Source of the DNA: Felis catus
Taxonomy: Eukaryota
Reading direction: 5' to 3'
NCBI RefSeq assembly: GCF_018350175.1
Contig: NC_058383.1
Location: 15,068,001-15,132,000 of the forward strand
DNA length: 64,000 nucleotides
The position numbers and the translations under genes are program-made. The notes beneath the pieces were generated by a model, which saw nothing but the letters and a program-made list of their open reading frames with translations, was not told the DNA's origin and did no database searches. Numbering within the stretch: the stretch's first letter is position 1; every line of letters starts with the position of its first letter. This document shows, piece after piece, positions 61,880 through 64,000 of this stretch.

Positions 61880-62300
61880 GCAAAGCCAGAATGATCTTTG
61901 GAAAGTATAAGCTACATCACATCATGACTTGCTGAAAATTCTTCTTCGGTGATTTCTCATCCTATGTGGAACAAAATGCCAGTGCCTTCCTGTGGTCTAT
62001 GAGGCCGTGTGTGATGATCTAGCTGTGGTCCACCTCTCTGACCGCCCACTCATCCCTGCTGCCGGATCCCTTCCTCTCCAACGCACTAAGCCCCTTCTTC
62101 CCTCAGCATTTGTATACCTGATGCTCCCTCTGGAGGGCTCACACCTAGATCCATGAATGCCTGGCTGCCCCTTATCATTCAGGTCTCATCTCAATGTCAC
62201 CTCCTAAGAGGCTGGCCCCAATCGTTCTTCTACCCACTCCAGGCACTCTCTATTTTTTGCCATCATAGCACGTATCACCATCTAAAATGATCTTCTCCGT
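61880..62300 (+). mobile_element. L2 (L2a-like) fragment
   Basis: agccagaatgatctttggaaagtataagc...cttatcattcaggtctcatctcaatgtcacctcc...catagcacgtatcaccatct. Confidence 0.8.
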
Positions 62301-62439
62301 CTACCTACCTGCCTGCCTATCTATTTCTTTGCTAAGCTTGGGAGTTCTGCTTCTATTCATCACACAGTAGCTCGTATTAAACCAACTCTCAGTTGTAAAT
62401 AACAGTCATAACAAATAGCGGTCATAAATTCTAGGCAAT

Positions 62440-63050
62440 ACGTAAAAGACTCTAGTGCTCAAAAGGCACTGAGAGTGACCAAAAGTAGGAAGACACTGAA
62501 GGGGAGTTGGAGTGGAAAGAGCGAAAGGCTGAGCGAAACTGAGCAGCTTCCTGTTTTTATGGCTTTCACCCAAGGGCAGCCCCCCAAAACCATCAGTACC
62601 CTGTGAGGCCAGACACTGAAGTCTTACTGCTGAGGAATCGGAAGACAGAGTTGAGGGCATCCCCGGCAGCTAGAAAGGATGAGAGACGCCCCAGAAAGGA
62701 GAGGATCACAGAGGGAGGGACCCAAATCTCGTGAGTAATGCTGTCAAACCTCTGGTTGACCCCCAAAGTCCGCACGGACAGGGCAGACTTGAGCAGCCCA
62801 GCCAAGCTTCAAAGAACTGAGTGGACACTTCAGCCACCATCCAGCTAAAACAAACACATTGACAAACAAATAAATACTCTTCAGATGAACATAACAGAGC
62901 CCAGAGTCTCTACTGCATAGCATTCGCAAAGTCCAGAGCACAATTCAAAATCACTGGACGTACACACAAACAGAAAAACATGATCCGTACCCAAGAGGAA
63001 AGGTAATTGATGGACACCAAGTTGATTCAGATTTTGGAATTAGCACCAAG
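62440..63050 (+). mobile_element. Ancient L1M 5' region / ORF1 start fragment
   Basis: acaattcaaaatcactggacgtacacacaaacagaaaaacatgatcc...cagattttggaattagca. Confidence 0.55.
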
Positions 63051-63069
63051 TCATAATAGGCAATATTTG

Positions 63070-63175
63070 CTACATTTTTATTATCTGTACGTCACCACTA
63101 GCATGTGAGCTCCGTAAGAGCAGGAACCTGTTCAGTTCTGTCCCTTTCTCTGTCCCCAGCTTTTAGAATAACAAA
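63070..63175 (+). mobile_element. L2 3' end fragment
   Basis: ccactagcatgtgagctccgtaagagcaggaacctgtt...tgtccccagc. Confidence 0.7.
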
Positions 63176-63319
63176 CGATGTATAGAAAACACCCCAAAAC
63201 TATAAACATGGAATAAAGCAGGATTGTATTTTTTCCTCCTTGTTTTCTATCTTTACTACTTGAGGTCCCTCCTAGATGAACTGAACACTGACAGAGAACA
63301 GAGCAATCTTATTCTTTTT

Positions 63320-63640
63320 TGAACACAGAGCACAGTTTTATGGCCATGAATTACTAGTGGCTGTTATAGACAAGTGGCTTTAATCTCTAATTGCTGTCAA
63401 AAAGAAAGGAGGTAGACCAGCTATCCTGAAACCCAACGTCATCATTTTTTAGAAAACATTCTTCATCACTTAGCTGCCGTCGGGTCCAAAATATGTATGT
63501 AAAGTTAGCTTGCTCTAGGACCTGGGTGTTCAATTTGTGCCCAGTTTATCTCAGAGGAAATTATGACGTCCACGGTTAAACATAATCGGTGTTTACAGGG
63601 ACGTTAATCACTGAGGTAGATGTTTACATTTTTTCTGGAT
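63320..63640. promoter_or_regulatory. Candidate enhancer (HOX/MEIS/FOX/CRE-like motif cluster)
   Basis: TTTTATGG (63336), TAATTG (63388), CTGTCA (63394), TGACGTC (63564), TGTTTAC x2 (63590, 63621) in repeat-free sequence. Confidence 0.4.
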
Positions 63641-64000
63641 CAAACTTTTTTCTGCCACGGTCAGAGTTTGGGAAGTTGTTAGACCCTTGGTCTAGACTCT
63701 AGATGGGACCCCAAATTCTCCTTGAGGAGTTTCCCAGCCCTGCTCAAGGGCAGGGTGATATTCAAAATTGGTAACAACCCATAGGGCGCAGACTCTGACC
63801 GATCAAAATGGATGCCAGTCAAATACCAACCAATCAGAAGAGATACCAGCTCTAAGGAACTGGTCCGCCAGGAACTGCATCCTGCCTAGCATTCTGTTCA
63901 GGAGGGTGTCCTGGTCACCTCCCCAGTCTCCATGAGAGAGTCAGTGCCACCTCCAGCTCTACCAACTGTTAAAGCATATGGGGCTGGACCCAACCAGCAG

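Noticed and set aside
1..64000. CRISPR array, prokaryotic operon, viral or organellar insert
   Set aside because: No regularly spaced repeats, no gene-dense segment and no recognisable gag/pol/env or mitochondrial sequence

Overview
Mammalian, almost certainly felid (cat-like), non-coding genomic DNA; the assignment rests on about 27 carnivore tRNA-derived Can-SINEs, several close to the cat SINEC_Fc consensus. I can support no protein-coding gene: the listed ORFs are chance ORFs, SINE or microsatellite translations, or decayed L1 ORF1/ORF2 pieces. Bases 1 to ~33.6 kb are AT-rich and nearly saturated with nested LINE-1 copies, SINEs and LTRs. They include one near full-length dead L1 (~8.1-16.3 kb) and a retroposed U6 snRNA pseudogene (19625-19726). 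From ~33.6 kb on the sequence is more GC-rich, with mostly ancient repeats (MIR, L2, MaLR/ERVL LTRs, hAT and Tc2 MITEs) and unique stretches dense in developmental transcription-factor motifs (candidate enhancers at ~35.6, ~44.7-45.1 and ~63.3-63.6 kb). The most striking structures visible directly in the sequence are fold-back inverted duplications centred on TA-rich microsatellites (best case 49337-49607) and a chimeric L1 insertion inside the ORF1 of another L1. I found no convincing evidence of a new biological system. Repeat subfamily names come from recalled consensus sequences, not a database search, and most repeat boundaries are approximate.
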